Assembly: GCF_052425735.1 (NCBI RefSeq)
Contig: NC_135764.1
Location: forward strand, 33,046,001 to 33,110,000
Direction: 5' to 3'
Source of the DNA: Oculina patagonica
Lineage: Eukaryota
DNA length: 64,000 nucleotides
A model generated the notes under the pieces. It saw nothing but the letters and a program-made list of their open reading frames with translations. It did not search any database and was not told the DNA's origin. The position numbers and the translations under genes are program-made. Below, piece by piece: positions 24,450 through 38,600 of the stretch. Each line of letters begins with the position of its first letter. Positions within the stretch are counted from its first letter, which is position 1.

Positions 24450-27400
24450 ATGAGGGAAAGGAGAAAAAGTCAGGAAAACGATAAAAGAAGAAGAAAATCC
24501 AAGGTATGCTCAGATTCATTAATTGTTTTCCTTTTCATTGCCTGCGTCAAGCAAGCTTTTATTGAAAATAGTCTCATATTCTGTAGGTTTGGTTTGATTT
24601 TGCCCCAGATTATGAGATGCTTATAAACATGTCAATTTAATTTTCCATACTATTTCTTACCACTTAGCCGAGAAGATTGAGCGTGACTTGTAAACGCGAT
24701 AGCACTTGTCGCAAAACAGTGGAGGAGGAGAGCATGGATATAGACGCATGTTCACTTTCAAATGAAGAGCCGCCCAATTCTCAAAAGGCAAAGGAGCCAA
24801 GAACAGGTGAAGCTCAACTGTTAGATTGTCTGCCTTAGAATCAGATTGGTGGCTTATACCATAGTTACTAACTATGCTTATACTTGCCACTTAATCGAAT
24901 TCAGCTAGCTTGTAGCTCGTTCTTTCCCTTGTTTCTAATGAGTTGTGCGACAAGGTAAACTCTGACCCTCATTAGCACTATAGTACCAAGTTGGAAATAT
25001 AGATTCTCCTTGACGCATTCATTAGTCTTTTCTTATTTGATGATTTCTCATCTGTTTGCTTGAAAAATTAATATAGATCCAATTTATGAAGCATGGCATG
25101 CTCTTTTCGGCAACCAGTCCCTAGAATTATATTTATAAAGATTTCTATTTATTCATGACATAATCACAATTTGTACATATATACGCTTTTTACCTTTTTA
25201 ACGGTCTTTTATTTGTAATTTTTAAACCTTTTTCATTTCGCGAGAGCGTTTTAACGAGCTACGGCTCCTAAGCTCTTCGTGTATAAATAAATTATGACTA
25301 TGTCTATGTCTATCAAAACTAACTTAATAAATGGGCCCCCACTATTTTTCTCTGCAGATAAGTCCAAGACGTCTGTCTATACCACTCTTAGGGCCAATAA
25401 CAGAGCCCTTGCAGCATCTTTAGGTACAGTTTTGCTGTTTAAGTGACTGTCCTCATGCATGTTCTTGAATATTGAGAACTGTTAAGACTGTAATAAATAC
25501 TTTTTTTCATATTTTTAAAAAAATAATAATAAAGTAAAGTAACCATTCGCCATATTTTGTTTACAGAGGATGCCCAACTTGAGTTGCGCTTAGTTCGGTC
25601 TGAAAATGTTCAACTGAAGAAGCAATTTTCCAACAGTCATCAGTTATTTGTGGAGAAGACCAGTGAACTACAAAGGCAACTGCAGTCTCAAGAACAGCTC
25701 TCTCAAAATAACATGCCAAAAGCAGCTCAGGTGAAATCATGTTAATCTAGTTCATCCATGCATGTTCCTTAACCTTGGCTGGTAAATGGCTTGTTGTGAT
25801 CGAACAAATAGCTCACATTCAGTTTCACCAAATTGTCAAGATGCTAATATCGTGGGTGGGGACGGGGGGGGGGGGGGGTCTGAACCTCCTGCCTCCTGTA
25901 CCTCTTACTCCCACTTCCTGTACCTTTTACTCTCGCTTTCCGCCCCTTTCCGTAGTAGTGCCCTCCTCTTTATCCCATATCTATTGTGAAATATAACAAA
26001 ACATTGCGAAATTTTACTCGTTTTCTCCCGTTTCCCGCCACCTTAGGAATCCCACTTCCCGCCCCTTTTCTCCCGGTCACCCGCCTCCCTGTCCCCCTCC
26101 ACGATATCCTTGTCATCTGTCATCCATACATAATAGATATCCTGTATTATTATTCAACACATGCGCGCGCTGCCCATATATGGTCAAAATGTTAACGATA
26201 TCTGTCATCCGTACATAACAGATATCCTGCGGTATACGTAGGTTGCGAAGATTCGTCCGAAATCTCGTAAAGCGCTGCATAATTACCGTTTTTCTTTCTG
26301 CAAAATGTGTTTCGTTGACAATTTGTCGAATAATAAAACAATTATCCTGCTCAATCTTGCAGAATATCGTCTGATTTTAGCCAACTCGGCCTACGGCCTC
26401 GTCGGCTAAGTATCAGGCGATATTCCGCGCGATTTCGCAGGATAATTGTTAAATATGTTGTTTGCTGTACAGTACTTGAAAGTGTGCTTATAAGAAGACA
26501 CATCTGGCATCTTGCAACCGCTGTTTACCTTGCTGTAAAAATCTGATTCAATCTTGTAGAAATTGTCTGATGTTAGCTTGTAAACTCAGCATACAGCCAC
26601 ATTGGCAAACTATTAGGCAATGTTCTGTGTGAATTTGCAAGAAAATTGTTTATTATTATTTGTACTTAATTGAATGAAGCTAGATAATAAAACAATGATA
26701 AATTATGTAAGTGTTTAATTTATCCACCATTTCATACATGTTCTAGGCCATATTCCATGATGTGTACAAGCTCCTGAACCAGACTTGTGCCCAGTTTCTT
26801 CAAGGCTCCCAGTCTTTGTCAGATGCAATACATCTTGTCGACTCTCTTCTTACTCCAAGCAAAGGACAGAAGCACACTTCCCCTCATGTAGTCTACAACA
26901 ATGTGTCACCATATGTGGATCCTGCATCCATCGCTGTATGCACCACCCCTCCTCCGGATCAGCCATCAGCAATGGAGATCACTGCAACTCAATCAATTAT
27001 CATTGAGACCAATGACACCATTATGAAAAACTTGGACAGGGGTCAGTTTATAGTAATTAATGCTCTTAGTGCCATAGGTCAGCAATGCATGCAAAATGCT
27101 ATAACTATAAAGCCCCCTGACCACATTGTGCAGCCTGCATGTGCAATAATGCACTTATAAATGTGTAAATGTTTTTCTCTTGGTTTGCACAGTATCCAAG
27201 CTTTGTTAAACACTTTCTGTTCACCTCAACAGCAGAAGTCATTGGCTATACATGATTGTAACACTTCTAATCCTGGTTGTTTAAAAGCTGATTATAGTAT
27301 TAATGTTTATGTCTAATTATATCTAATTTTTGCCTAGACTGAGAGAGACATCAGAGGTACTATAAAATTATCAAATAAATGTTTGCTAATAAAACTTTGT

Positions 27401-30400
27401 CCTCTCCTTAACAGGTTTAGAGAAAAATCTGTCTTTTAGTTCAGAACAAAAAAACATTGATGGAAAGGTGGAAAACAACAAAAAAGCAATGCAAGTCAGC
27501 CAGTCTCAACTTGCTAGCCAACGTGCAAAGAGAAAAAGCTGCTCAAATATTAGTTACGTAGAGCCAGGCCTTCGCAGGTATCAATGCAATTATCGTAGCT
27601 ATATCGTAGCTACCTTTAGCCTATTAGAACAATCTACCTTTCAACCAATCCTGTTTCATTATGATTGTACAATATGCACATGCTAACTAGGCACACACTT
27701 TCTGTAAAAAGGGTTGATCCATACTAGAGAGGGCCTGGGAACAACAACTACAGGTGGCCTTGCTCTAGCATTGAGCTGCTGTTCAGTCTAGGTGACCAGA
27801 TCATATATCCAATCTTTAAAACCACAAAATCACAAAGAGGGGCTGTGGCTTAATTGTTAGTGCACTGGACTCTAATTGACGGGCTCTGACCAGAGTGGTT
27901 GTGTTTCGTTCTTTGACAAACTGTGCCTCTATCCACCCAGGTGTATAAAAAGGTACCAGCAAATTAAATGCTGAGAGGGTAGCCTGTGATGGACTAGCAT
28001 CTTTTCCCAGGGTAGTAGAAATACATGCAAAGGAAACTGGAGTGAAGTGTTGGTCCTATGAGTCATTAGCCTTGAATATGGACGTTACCTTTCAAGGCCA
28101 CAAAGGCTGCCTTAAAGCCTGGTTTTCACTAACAATGCAAGAACAAGTGCAAGCACAAGCACGATCACGCAAAAAGGACAAATGTTAATCCTTGTGCTCG
28201 TGCTTGCCGCACGAGCATCAAAATGCAATGCGCTTGTACTTGTGCTTCAGTTGAAGCCATTTTTACGGAGAAATAAGAGCTGTTATCCTTGCACTTGTGC
28301 TTGCGTCACTAGTGAAAACCAGGCTTAAAACACCTTTTCTATCTCAATGAAAAGTTGCAAAGGCCATAGTTAATTAATCTATTAAGTTGTAACTCCCAAG
28401 GTGCTGTGAAATTTTGTTAAGACGTTTGCTTACCTCAACAATAGGGTCACAGTCTACTTTTATTGTTGAAAGCTTTGTCCCAAGAGTAACCAACATTAAA
28501 TTTCTTCTCACAATATCAATACTTAATCAAGAAAAGGTTATATGAGAATTAAAAAATCGTCAAAAAACAAATTCTCCTAACTAATACTATAAGAAAATGT
28601 ATGGTTATCAGTTAGGAGAATTTGGATCTGGGCTTAAAGCGTTAAGTGACAAAGTGTTCTCTAACCCCACATTCTTTGTTCTGTTTAAATAGCAAGCTGC
28701 GTAGAGGGGACCCGTTTACTGACAGCACATTGTTTGGTGAAGAATCGCAGATAAACAAGCGGAAAAGTAAGTCGATTTTTTAATCTATGTTTGATGCTTT
28801 TCACTTTCGATTAACTTTCGTAATGGGATTTACTTTCGATGATTTTCACACATTGTTCTCATATTACAGAGCGTTTCACAAAACTTTTGACAAGCGGTTT
28901 GCGATGTTCGTTTGAAACTTCCGAAGTTCGCCGCGAACTTGGGAATTTCATTACGTAGTTGTCAATCAAATTGCGAACTTCGTAACGAAGTTGCGAATTT
29001 CACGTGCAGCTAAGTTCGCAAGATGAGAAGTTCGAGTTGCTTTCAAGTACGTCTTCTGTCTATTTTCGATTGAAATGCCACAATAGAAAGAAAATTAATT
29101 GTCATAGACTGAAGTCAAAAACGAAGGAAACTTCTCGGTGGTATAAAAAATACGTAAACAACTTACCTTGCGCATTTCCACCTTCGACTGCAGTTCTCCG
29201 CTGGTTTTAGTTTCACAAATATTTCTTCGCTCTGCAGTCTTTAATACCTCGAATTAATTGGGAGCGGTGATTCTTCCTGCAGCAAATCAACTTGATACAT
29301 CAGCGAGTGTTTTGCATCGAAAGGTAAGCTTAGTTTCTTTGAAAACATCATATCGACTTGATCCGAAGTGAGACGTTTCAGCTGAAGTCTACTTGTAAAT
29401 AATTCCGTTCGCTGAGAGTAATTCAAACATTAGCTGCTATGTTTTTCGTCCTTTTTGCCCCTAAACACAGCAATACAATTCGGCAAGTCTGCCATTACAA
29501 TCGAAAATAGACGGAAGACTTGGAACTGTCTCGTTGAAAGCAATTCGAACTTCGCAACTTGCAAACTTTGTCGCACGTGAAATTCGCAACTTCGTTTCGA
29601 AGTTCGCAATTTGATTGACAACTACGTAATGAAATTCCCAAGTTCGCGGCGAACTTCGGAAGTTTCAAACGAACTTCGCAAACCGCTTGTCAAAAGTTTT
29701 GTGAAACGCTCTGTAAAAGACCCTACACAATACCAAAATGTACTAATTTCGTTATAGCCCTTAGAGTAATTTTCACTTGAGTATCGAAAGTAAATCGCGT
29801 TTGCTTTGGTTTCGCACTACTCCACTTTGTTATTGGTGTAAAAATCTCCCGCTATTTACTCATCCAATCAGAAGTAAAACCAAAACCAGTCATGACTCGC
29901 TCGCACACGTTTTCGCGCGCTTCGCGTCAGCTACATGTATTTTTTTAAGGTTTGCTTGGTTCACTTGGTGGTCTGTGTCCTTTGTGATTGGCCACGGTGA
30001 TAACTTTGGTTTGGTTTTACGACACTCATTTGAAAACCGCTCTAAAGGTACCGATATTTTTTAAAAGTAACACTGACTGGCCAAGAGTCATGTCCGAGAC
30101 AAAACAGACTATTTAATGTCAATAAATCACTTTTGACAGCCACTTCCTGTTTATAATGAAAAACGTAGTACTACCCTTAAAGGAACCGTAAACGGTACCA
30201 AAACTTGATTTTTTACTCCTTAAAAGGTACGATAACTATTGCGTCAGTGATATGCAGAGAGTCCACCTCCTCTCTAGGACATAGTTATTACCAGGGACTA
30301 ACTTGGTTTTCTTTCTTTTAGGGAAGAAAAGTTTACCTGTAATGGGAGGCACAGTAAGTGAAGCTATATCACTTTCCTGAGGATCTTAAGAACGATTACC

Positions 30401-30932
30401 TTTCTCTTGCCAAAATACTTACCACTCAACGAGGTTGTTTTAATAATTGTAATTAGACAATATGTAAAAAAATTGCACACTGCCTGTATTATTTGACAGA
30501 TAGACAGTACTTAGTGAATTTGATTGCACTTATAACATTTTGGACCAGCAATAGAGCATGTTGAATGATTGATTTTAGTTATTGGTACTTGAAGCCGTGT
30601 AAGGCCTGGTTCACAGTAGCGATATAAAGACATAACGCCAAGGTCACGCAAATGCAAAAAACATCTCACGTTGATGTTTTATGTCACCAATAACGACATA
30701 AGAAACGAACTAAACTTTTCTTTATGTCGTTATGTCCATGTCATTATGTCGCTAGTGTGAACCAGGCCTAATAAGAAATCGGTAACTCCACATATACTCC
30801 GATCAGGGTTTGCTATATTTTTTCTCATATAGAGCTTCAGTTCCAAACTAACTTCATCAATTTACTTTTCCTTTGTAGAGGAAGCGTGCTCCTTTGTCCA
30901 ATCTGACTAACATCATAGCTGAAGAAAGTTGA
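24450..30932 (+). CDS. SGO1: Shugoshin (centromeric cohesin protector)
   Basis: Exons 24450-24503, 24668-24806, 25358-25423, 25567-25730, 26747-27041, 27415-27577, 28693-28766, 30322-30353, 30879-30932 join in phase. N-terminal coiled coil LRANNRALAASLEDAQLELRLVRSENVQLKKQ and SGO motif RAKRKSCSNISYVEPGLRSKLRRGDPFTD. Confidence 0.9.
27840..28090 (+). mobile_element. tRNA-derived SINE (same family as 5768-6044)
   Basis: GTGGCTTAATTGTTAGTGCACTGGACTC...CCACCCAGGTGTATAAA...GATGGACTAGCATC. Confidence 0.7.
28116..28325. mobile_element. PIF/Harbinger (Tourist-like) MITE
   Basis: TIR AGCCTGGTTTTCACTA; TAA TSD; internal GCAAGCACAA repeats. Confidence 0.8.
28867..29713. mobile_element. Non-autonomous DNA transposon with long (~180 bp) TIRs
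   Basis: CAGAGCGTTTCACAAAACTTTTGACAAGCGG... at 28867-29048 mirrored at about 29533-29713; TA TSD. Confidence 0.88.
29762..30043. mobile_element. MITE with degenerate TIRs
   Basis: TAGAGTAATTTTCACTTGAGTATCGAAA ... TTTACGACACTCATTTGAAAACCGCTCTA. Confidence 0.65.
30603..30768. mobile_element. PIF/Harbinger-type MITE
   Basis: TIR GGCCTGGTTCACA(G/C)TAGCGA; TAA TSD. Confidence 0.8.
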
Positions 30933-32697
30933 AGATGTAAAGCTTTGCAAGCATCTCAGGGGTGACTTGAAAGACGCTGGCGTTATCAAGATACTCCGAG
31001 TATACGGATGAAGAGAATTTCTATCACAGAACTTCTACACATCAAATGAAGTACTGCTGATTGAGTATAGATTGAGTGATATTTATTGAGAATTCAGTGC
31101 AAAGAATTTATATTTATATTCAGATTCGTTGAGGTGAAGTATTTATTTTTGTGAAGAATTGAACGGTTATACGGTTATTAAATTTACTCCAAATGGTTTT
31201 CACGAAGTTGTGTTATTTTTTTGCCTCGATAGCGTCAATAATGGATTATTTTCATTTTAAACTCTCTTTCCCTCAGCACCAAAGATTTCTGTATTAGCTT
31301 CACTGTTCGTTTAGTCCTGCACGAAAGCCTCGGGATGTTCAAGAGAATTTCTTATGGGTTTGGAGAGGGCTTATCTCTGGAGGGGGGAGGGTTATAACGA
31401 GGGATAAAAATTGTTCTGAAATGTTTTTACAGAAAACTTTTAGACTAGTCTTCTTGTTCTCTATACTTGGGCACGTACCAAGCTGTAAAACTCAGGGAGG
31501 GGAGGGGGAGGGGGAATTGAACCACAACACTCGGAGTTTTGTTTTTGAACAAGCAAAATTTATTTGATAATTCAGATTAGTTACATGACAATGAAGCCGA
31601 AACTAATGCACTGTCTTGCAAAGAAAGTGCAATTTTTCTGATCTAAATAACTTACGTACTAATAAATAAACACAACGTTCTCTCAAATAATTTACGTCAA
31701 TGTTACGTTATTTGCTGTACACTGTTATGTGCTTTACAATTGATTTTTTTGCAGTTTTCTAGTTTTTACCAACACCAAAAGCAACACTGATTTGCAGGGT
31801 CGTAAAAAGGCGGGACTCGGCCAAGACAGAAAATATTGGGACCTTTGGCTATTAAATTACGTTTTGGCCTCACGACCGACATACCTGTTTTTTTTTTTTT
31901 GTGACTCTAACATCGTGCGTGCTAACATGGAACCTCTCTCACAAAACAACGTGAATTTATTAATAACATTTTACCCAAATTGATAAGTTTATTTATTCAG
32001 TTTCAAATACAAAAAATAAGAGCTTTTAGCAAATTTCTCTGTAATTAATGCGAAGTCATGAGTTATTGTTGGGAAGCTAATTCTTTTAAGCGTACTCAAC
32101 AAAAAAGCCACGAGTCGATGCGGATAGTCTAACTCCGGCCATCAGCAAACCGAATATACAGTGCTACCCCGTCATTAAGAACTTGAACAATGCATGCCAA
32201 ACTGTTTTATATCTGATAGTGCAACTGTTCCTTGTAGCTAAATGTTTCGGTTTTTTATGTACTACGTCATACATAGTGATTGATTCGCTCAACTTGCTAG
32301 TCCACAAACTGAGCAAATTGTCTTTTTACGAGTAATTACCCGTTGGCGTTGGTTGAGCTCCATGTTTGGTTATAAAAACTCGTGCAATGTGCTTTAACCA
32401 ATCATATCAAAGATGTTTGCACGGCCAATTAGATTGAAAACTAAAAACAGTGTACCAGTTGCACAGTTTTATTACGAGTTTTGATTGGTTGATTTGAAAA
32501 CCGTTTTCCTTTGGTCATAATTCAATATCCAAGTTAATTAATTTTATAAAGTAAATTTATCTAAAGGAGTTCATTATATAGTGGTTCATCATATACATGC
32601 CGATTAAGTTCAGCAAAATGGCCGGATTTGTTCGCTTTCTCAGGGTTGCACTATACGCCCGTTCTTTTCCCCGATCCATTTATTCCTCTCAGTCTTT

Positions 32698-35600
32698 TCA
32701 CAGCTTTTTCTCGCCGGGTAGGAATGGGTTCGGAGCACACAATGGCAGGGAACTGAGCGTGTGATTGACAACTCGGTGATGCGCTTCGTCAGCTCGGATG
32801 GCTAATATGACGTCACGCATTGTCGAGCCCTCCTATAATGAAACAACGAGCAAAGAGTCAGTGAACACTTTGTTTTCATTTGGTCTGAGGTCTCGGTATA
32901 AAATCGAACCAACCGCAAACTCGAACCTTTTTCGATTCCCCTTCAGGTCATTTTCTTTCTAATTTTACCCTCGATAACACGAACGCCTGATAACTTAAAC
33001 CGATTTCCTTTGAAGGCTCGAGTAATCGGGATTCAACTGTATTAAACAAATGGATTCAGTCAAACACTTACCGGCAATTTCCAGTAATTGACGGCAATCT
33101 TAGGGGCCAGCTGATTTTTCCACAGAGGTAACTTTCCACTGTCAATACACTAAAGAGAAAATAACAAGACTTTTAAGATCTTAATCTCTAAAATAATGCA
33201 CCTTGGTAAGTAAAATGAACTGGACAACATTGATGAGGATTTTGAGATGAAGCGCGTAATGCACTCATTACCTGGGGTGAGAGGGGCTTGCCGAAACCAG
33301 TATGTTTCGATGGGGATGTTCCTTGTGATGCTTATAAGCCCCTACCCACCAGACGGGAATTGAATTTTTTGCATGATTGCTGAAGGCATGCGCATAATCT
33401 GGGTTCTACAGTTAAATCGAAAACAACTTGAACGTTTCCGGAGTATACCTCAAGGCAGTGGGTGTATGTTTTGACTGCCTCTTCCTCCAGATATCCAACA
33501 AATCTGTGGCAGAATTTGGGGCTCATCAGGTATGCCAAGAAAAACAGGTTTACAAACGTACCTAAGATAAATAAGAATCAAGAAAACAGGTTCAGTTGGA
33601 AGCTTTCAGGGAAGTAAGCGGTTACTCTTTCACCTATAAGATTTGCGATTCAAGTTCAGTTAATCTAATGCGAGAAAGGATTCCTTTGGCGCTTTAAATC
33701 TTAAAGGGAAATGTCATCTGGCGATTCTAGAGGCACAAAAACATATCTACGATTGTAGCAAACCCAATAACAATGAAAGTTTGATTTTGAGATACTCTTC
33801 CAAATTTAATATTGAAACTGTTTCAGTTTAAATGGTATGATGTGTTCGTAACCTGCGATCGCCGCAAAAAAGAACGCCTAATCGCAGGTTAATGCGGTCG
33901 TCATAAGTAATTGAGTCATGAGTAAGGTAAGAAAACGTAACAGGAACATTCTCTGTAAATATATACCTTGGGCAAGCAGGATAGCACCACGAAAGATAAC
34001 TCCAGGTTGCTTCATTTCCAAAGCAGTCATCAAGTGCATCCTCTCGTTTTCAGCTTCCTCTAAAGATCAAACAAACATGTTACCTTGTCGATTGATATGA
34101 TGAACGCACGGAATCACTGCAACCCATCAATTGTTTCCTAAAAGCTTTGTTCCCTCAGAATAATCCAGCAATGTTCCTTATTCCCTTTAAAGAAGTGACT
34201 GTGTTTTCTTGTTCCCCAAACCCCTTGGGAGGCCCTAGGAATTGTGGCTCTGCGTCGATGGTAACGTGAAAAGGCTTGATACCCTCTTAGTATATTACCA
34301 GCCTGAAATTTGCGAATAAGCCGCCATTTAAAAACATACCACATGGACGTTTCGAGCGTTACGTCTTTATTCCAGATCTATTTTTACCAAAAGTTTCACG
34401 GATTGACTTGCTTTAGTAGCTTACCTAACAATGTGTGTATCCAGCCATTATCTCTTGTTAGCCTCCTCAATGCGTGAAAGTGTCTTGTCATAGCACCGAT
34501 CATTCCTGGGACTCCAGCTATTGTTTCCAACATGATGATACGACTGTGGATTGATCCAAACGCATTGTAGGTAAGAGCTGGCACTGAGAATATCCCCATT
34601 TGCAAATTGTACAGCTTTTAAAATAATCCCAGTACTCGCCATGTTAACCCAAAAATGATGAACACTGGTTATATTTGCGGCATGATGTGATTGCCGCAAC
34701 GATCTAGAAATGACTAACTTAGCAGCCGTGTAGCACGATCGTTATGGTATTGAGATTATTTAGCGGCAGAAATTAAAAGAACTCGGCCGTGAAGGAGACT
34801 ATAGGGTCACTATATGATCTGATAGATCTGTATCTCTTGTATCCAAAACATTGCGCGAAATTTTCGAGCAAGGTGAAAGGACTGGAATGTGGATTAGGAG
34901 CAGTAAATGAAGAGGGAATTCGAATTATTCGTTTAAGACTATATTCTGATAAAATAACAAAACTCCGCGACTTATTTATTTAATGAGGAACGTTTAGCTT
35001 TTATTGCGGTTCATTGGCCAGTCAAAGAAAGCCCAGTGGCCCAATGGTTAGTTCGCTAGACTCATGCTAAAGAAACAAGAGCTCACTGCCGAGATCTATA
35101 GCCAGTTGAGCTTTTAAGGCTTAAAAGGCTTTACTTTCTCCTTTATTTGCCAGTCATCAGAGTTACAGTTGACCAACATACTTAAGCCAGCGGTTTTCGT
35201 CCAGCTCCATGAAATGATACAGTGAGATGACGTCAAACGCTGCTCTCAAGGCCTGTACACTTTTGTATGCAAGCTGCAAGTAAAGATAGACACAGATTAT
35301 AAAGCGATATAGTAATATTAACTTTTTTACCATAGAAAATACAGCCAATCAGAATACAGGAAAGCCGTTGTATATTCGATGGTATTCAACCCAACCTTCC
35401 CATCGTGCGCTGCGATTGTATTCTCGACGAAATTTAGTAAGCGTATTTTCTATAAAAACAGTTTGGATGCAGGGGACCACGCAACGAAGAAAAAACTGCT
35501 TGGCTTCTCTGCTGCCGGATCTCTTGTTGAAGAAATGCTCGTACCAGACGTCACTCTAAGTGCTTATAAAACCAAATTGATTGCAAGGCTGGTACAACGG

Positions 35601-38600
35601 CAGGAGAGCAAGATTTATTGGCCAATATTTCAACTAGCAGAGCTAGTCTTCTTCAGGGCCAGTACTATAATATAAGGAAAATAACGGCTCTAAAATTTGA
35701 ATTTGGATAATACAGTGTGGGTTAATGTTTAACTAATACAGGCTATATAAAGATATACGGTGACAAGATATATAATAATAATAATAAAATTGAAAAAAAC
35801 AAAAATAATGAAATTGTCAATGTTCATTTCTACGGTTAATACCATTAGGCGTAAGTGTTTGGCCTCTGTGTATCAGGTAGGCCTCTCTAGCCTTTCTGCG
35901 GGATGCATTATTTGTCGGTTGGAGTTCCAGAGGAATGAGTGTCATGTCTTGGATAGAGTGATCAGGTAGTTTAAAATGCGTAGGTACTGCTGCTGAAGCG
36001 TTAGCGTGTCTGGGATTGTTCGTGGCTTGTCTATGTTCAGCGAATCTTTCACGGATACTACGTTTAGTTTCCCCTATGTATTGTTTCTTACATTTGTTAC
36101 ATTCTATCATATAAGTTAAGTTTGAAGATTTACAAGTTATGCGATGCTTGATTTCCCGCACTTCTCCCGTGTTGTTGAAAGTGTATGTTCTTCTGCCATT
36201 TTCAATGTGGGGGCAGGTGAGACATCCGTGTTTCGAGTTGCAGCGGAAGGTGCCATGAGGTTGACTAGGTTGGTTGAGTGGGGCGTTTACTGGCTGCTTG
36301 AGTTTCGCGCGAACTAATTGGTCACGAAGGTTAGTTCGCGCGAAACTCAAGCAGCCAGTAAACGCCCCACTCAACCAACCTAGTCAACCTCATGGCACCT
36401 TCCGCTGCAACTCGAAACACGGATGTCTCACCTGCCCCCACATTGAAAATGGCAGAAGAACATACACTTTCAACAACACGGGAGAAGTGCGGGAAATCAA
36501 GCATCGCATAACTTGTAAATCTTCAAACTTAACTTATATGATAGAATGTAACAAATGTAAGAAACAATACATAGGGGAAACTAAACGTAGTATCCGTGAA
36601 AGATTCGCTGAACATAGACAAGCCACGAACAATCCCAAACACGCTAACGCTTCAGCAGCAGTACCTACGCATTTTAATCTACCTGATCACTCTATCCAAG
36701 ACATGACACTCATTCCTCTGGAACTCCAACCGACAAATAATGCATCCCGCAGAAAGGCTAGAGAGGCCTACCTGATACACAGAGGCCAAACACTTACGCC
36801 TAATGGTATTAACCGTAGAAATGAACATTGACAATTTCATTATTTTTGTTTTTTTCAATTTTATTATTATTATTATATATCTTGTCACCGTATATCTTTA
36901 TATAGCCTGTATTAGTTAAACATTAACCCACACTGTATTATCCAAATTCAAATTTTAGAGCCGTTATTTTCCTTATATTATAGTACTGGCCCTGAAGAAG
37001 ACTAGCTCTGCTAGTTGAAATATTGGCCAATAAATCTTGCCCTCCTGCCGTTGTACCAGCCTTGCAATCAATTTGGTATTTTCTATGGCATGGTATAAAA
37101 TAGTTACACAACACTTTCTCGTGGTATACTAGTGAATATCCCACTTGTCACTTGTATTTTCTTGGTGTGCACACTCGCCTAAAGGCTCGTATGTATACCG
37201 AGAAAATACAAGTGACTCGTGGGATATTCCATAGTATACCACTTGAAAGCGTCGCATAACTAGTATGTATCATGTTTGACTCGTCCCCAGTCGTCTCTTA
37301 TGCGAAAATTGCAAGGCGTGAAAGATGGATGATTCCCTCCGTGTACTGCAGTCGACTCAAGACGGACTCAAAGACGACTTGGGACGAGTCAGGTATCATG
37401 TAGTTTTCACTTTGGCTTTGTAGAAGGCGGCGTGACCTTGTGGTTAAAGCCTGCAAGCAGCCTCCTGATCCGATGGCTTGTAATCTGGTGGTCCCGGGTT
37501 CCAATCTTCCACCCTACCTGACTAGATGGATTAATGTTCGGTGCTCCCGAATTCAACTCCTCCGCGCTTTGTAAACAGCCAACTGGTCAGCCTCCTTCCA
37601 GTTGGGATTTTTAACACGTTTCTGTTTATTTACAATATTTGCTTGTTTATTTACAGTTTCCCAATTAGCAGAGCAGTGCTAAATACATTGACGCTTAAAT
37701 AGAGTGATTTTTTATTTTTCTTTAATGTACCTTAACATTGTTTTTAGCTGGCACATTTCCTATATATTGCAGTATACCTTGTCTGCAAATTTTTCCGGCT
37801 TCTCGTGGGTAACTTCAACGCTGTGCACATCTTCTTCTGACCTAACCCAAAGGAGAGCAAATAGTAAAAATTATTTCAATTGCTAGAAAAAATTTAGGGT
37901 TACACTTGTAGCCATTTTAGATTGTCACGCAGCGGTTTTCTCCATTTTCTCAAGCTGGGTAGCTGGAATGGGGAATTGGGAGGTTGGGGGTGTTGGTGGT
38001 GGTGGTGGTGGGGGGGGGGGGGGGGGTGAGGGGTTAGGGCGTAACCGTGCACTTGAAAGTGGTGCATGCTGGATGAGGTTTTACGTACCAGACAGGGTGT
38101 GGCATCCTGTACTCTTCATCTCCTGTTGTGTTTCCATCTTTTCCAAAATGATCGATCTCGATTTCCTTGAGCTGAGTGGTAAAATGTGGCGCTTGCTGTG
38201 TGTCAGCTGGTTCTGTTTGGATGGCCTTTGTTGATAGCAAGGATACCTGAAAAACAAGAAACTCGATCAGACCCTTAGAGATAACAGTAACCTACTGTTA
38301 CACGGTCAGAAACTGGCCTTCCGTTAAGTAAGAAATTCCCTTTTTTCTTGGAAATTGTGAGTTCGGTTTCCTTATGGCTGCTCAGGTAAGCTAAAACAAA
38401 AACAAATATTTCACCTTTCCTCACACAATTTTGCTGCTGTTTTACCATTCGGAAAAATTGCGACTTCTCTGCTGTTCTTTCTTAGTACGTAAAGAGTCTT
38501 GTTCTTGAAAAATGGATCTAATTTAATAAAATTGCGCGCTTGAGTAAAAAAAATCATTCTTCTTCCGCTGTTCTTAGAAATTGTTAAGTTTTTTTCAGTA

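Larger units (their letters stand above)
35454..37075. mobile_element. Penelope-like retroelement, 5'-truncated, inserted as an inverted duplication (GIY-YIG endonuclease tail plus pLTR on both arms)
   Basis: Arms 35572-36317 and 36331-37076 are near-identical inverted copies. They encode CLTCPHI...[36 protein letters not shown]...[14 protein letters not shown]. 11-bp TSD GTATTTTCTAT at 35443-35453 and 37076-37086. Confidence 0.93.
35328..37265. mobile_element. Double-hairpin non-autonomous repeat, split by the Penelope insertion
   Basis: 35328-35453 plus 37076-37265 reconstitute the uninterrupted copy at 45692-46007. Confidence 0.8.

Noticed and set aside
35817-36831. Two 185-aa ORFs as intact GIY-YIG genes
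   Set aside because: Their starts are non-ATG codons created by reading across the hairpin centre; they are 5'-truncated Penelope tails with no reverse transcriptase.
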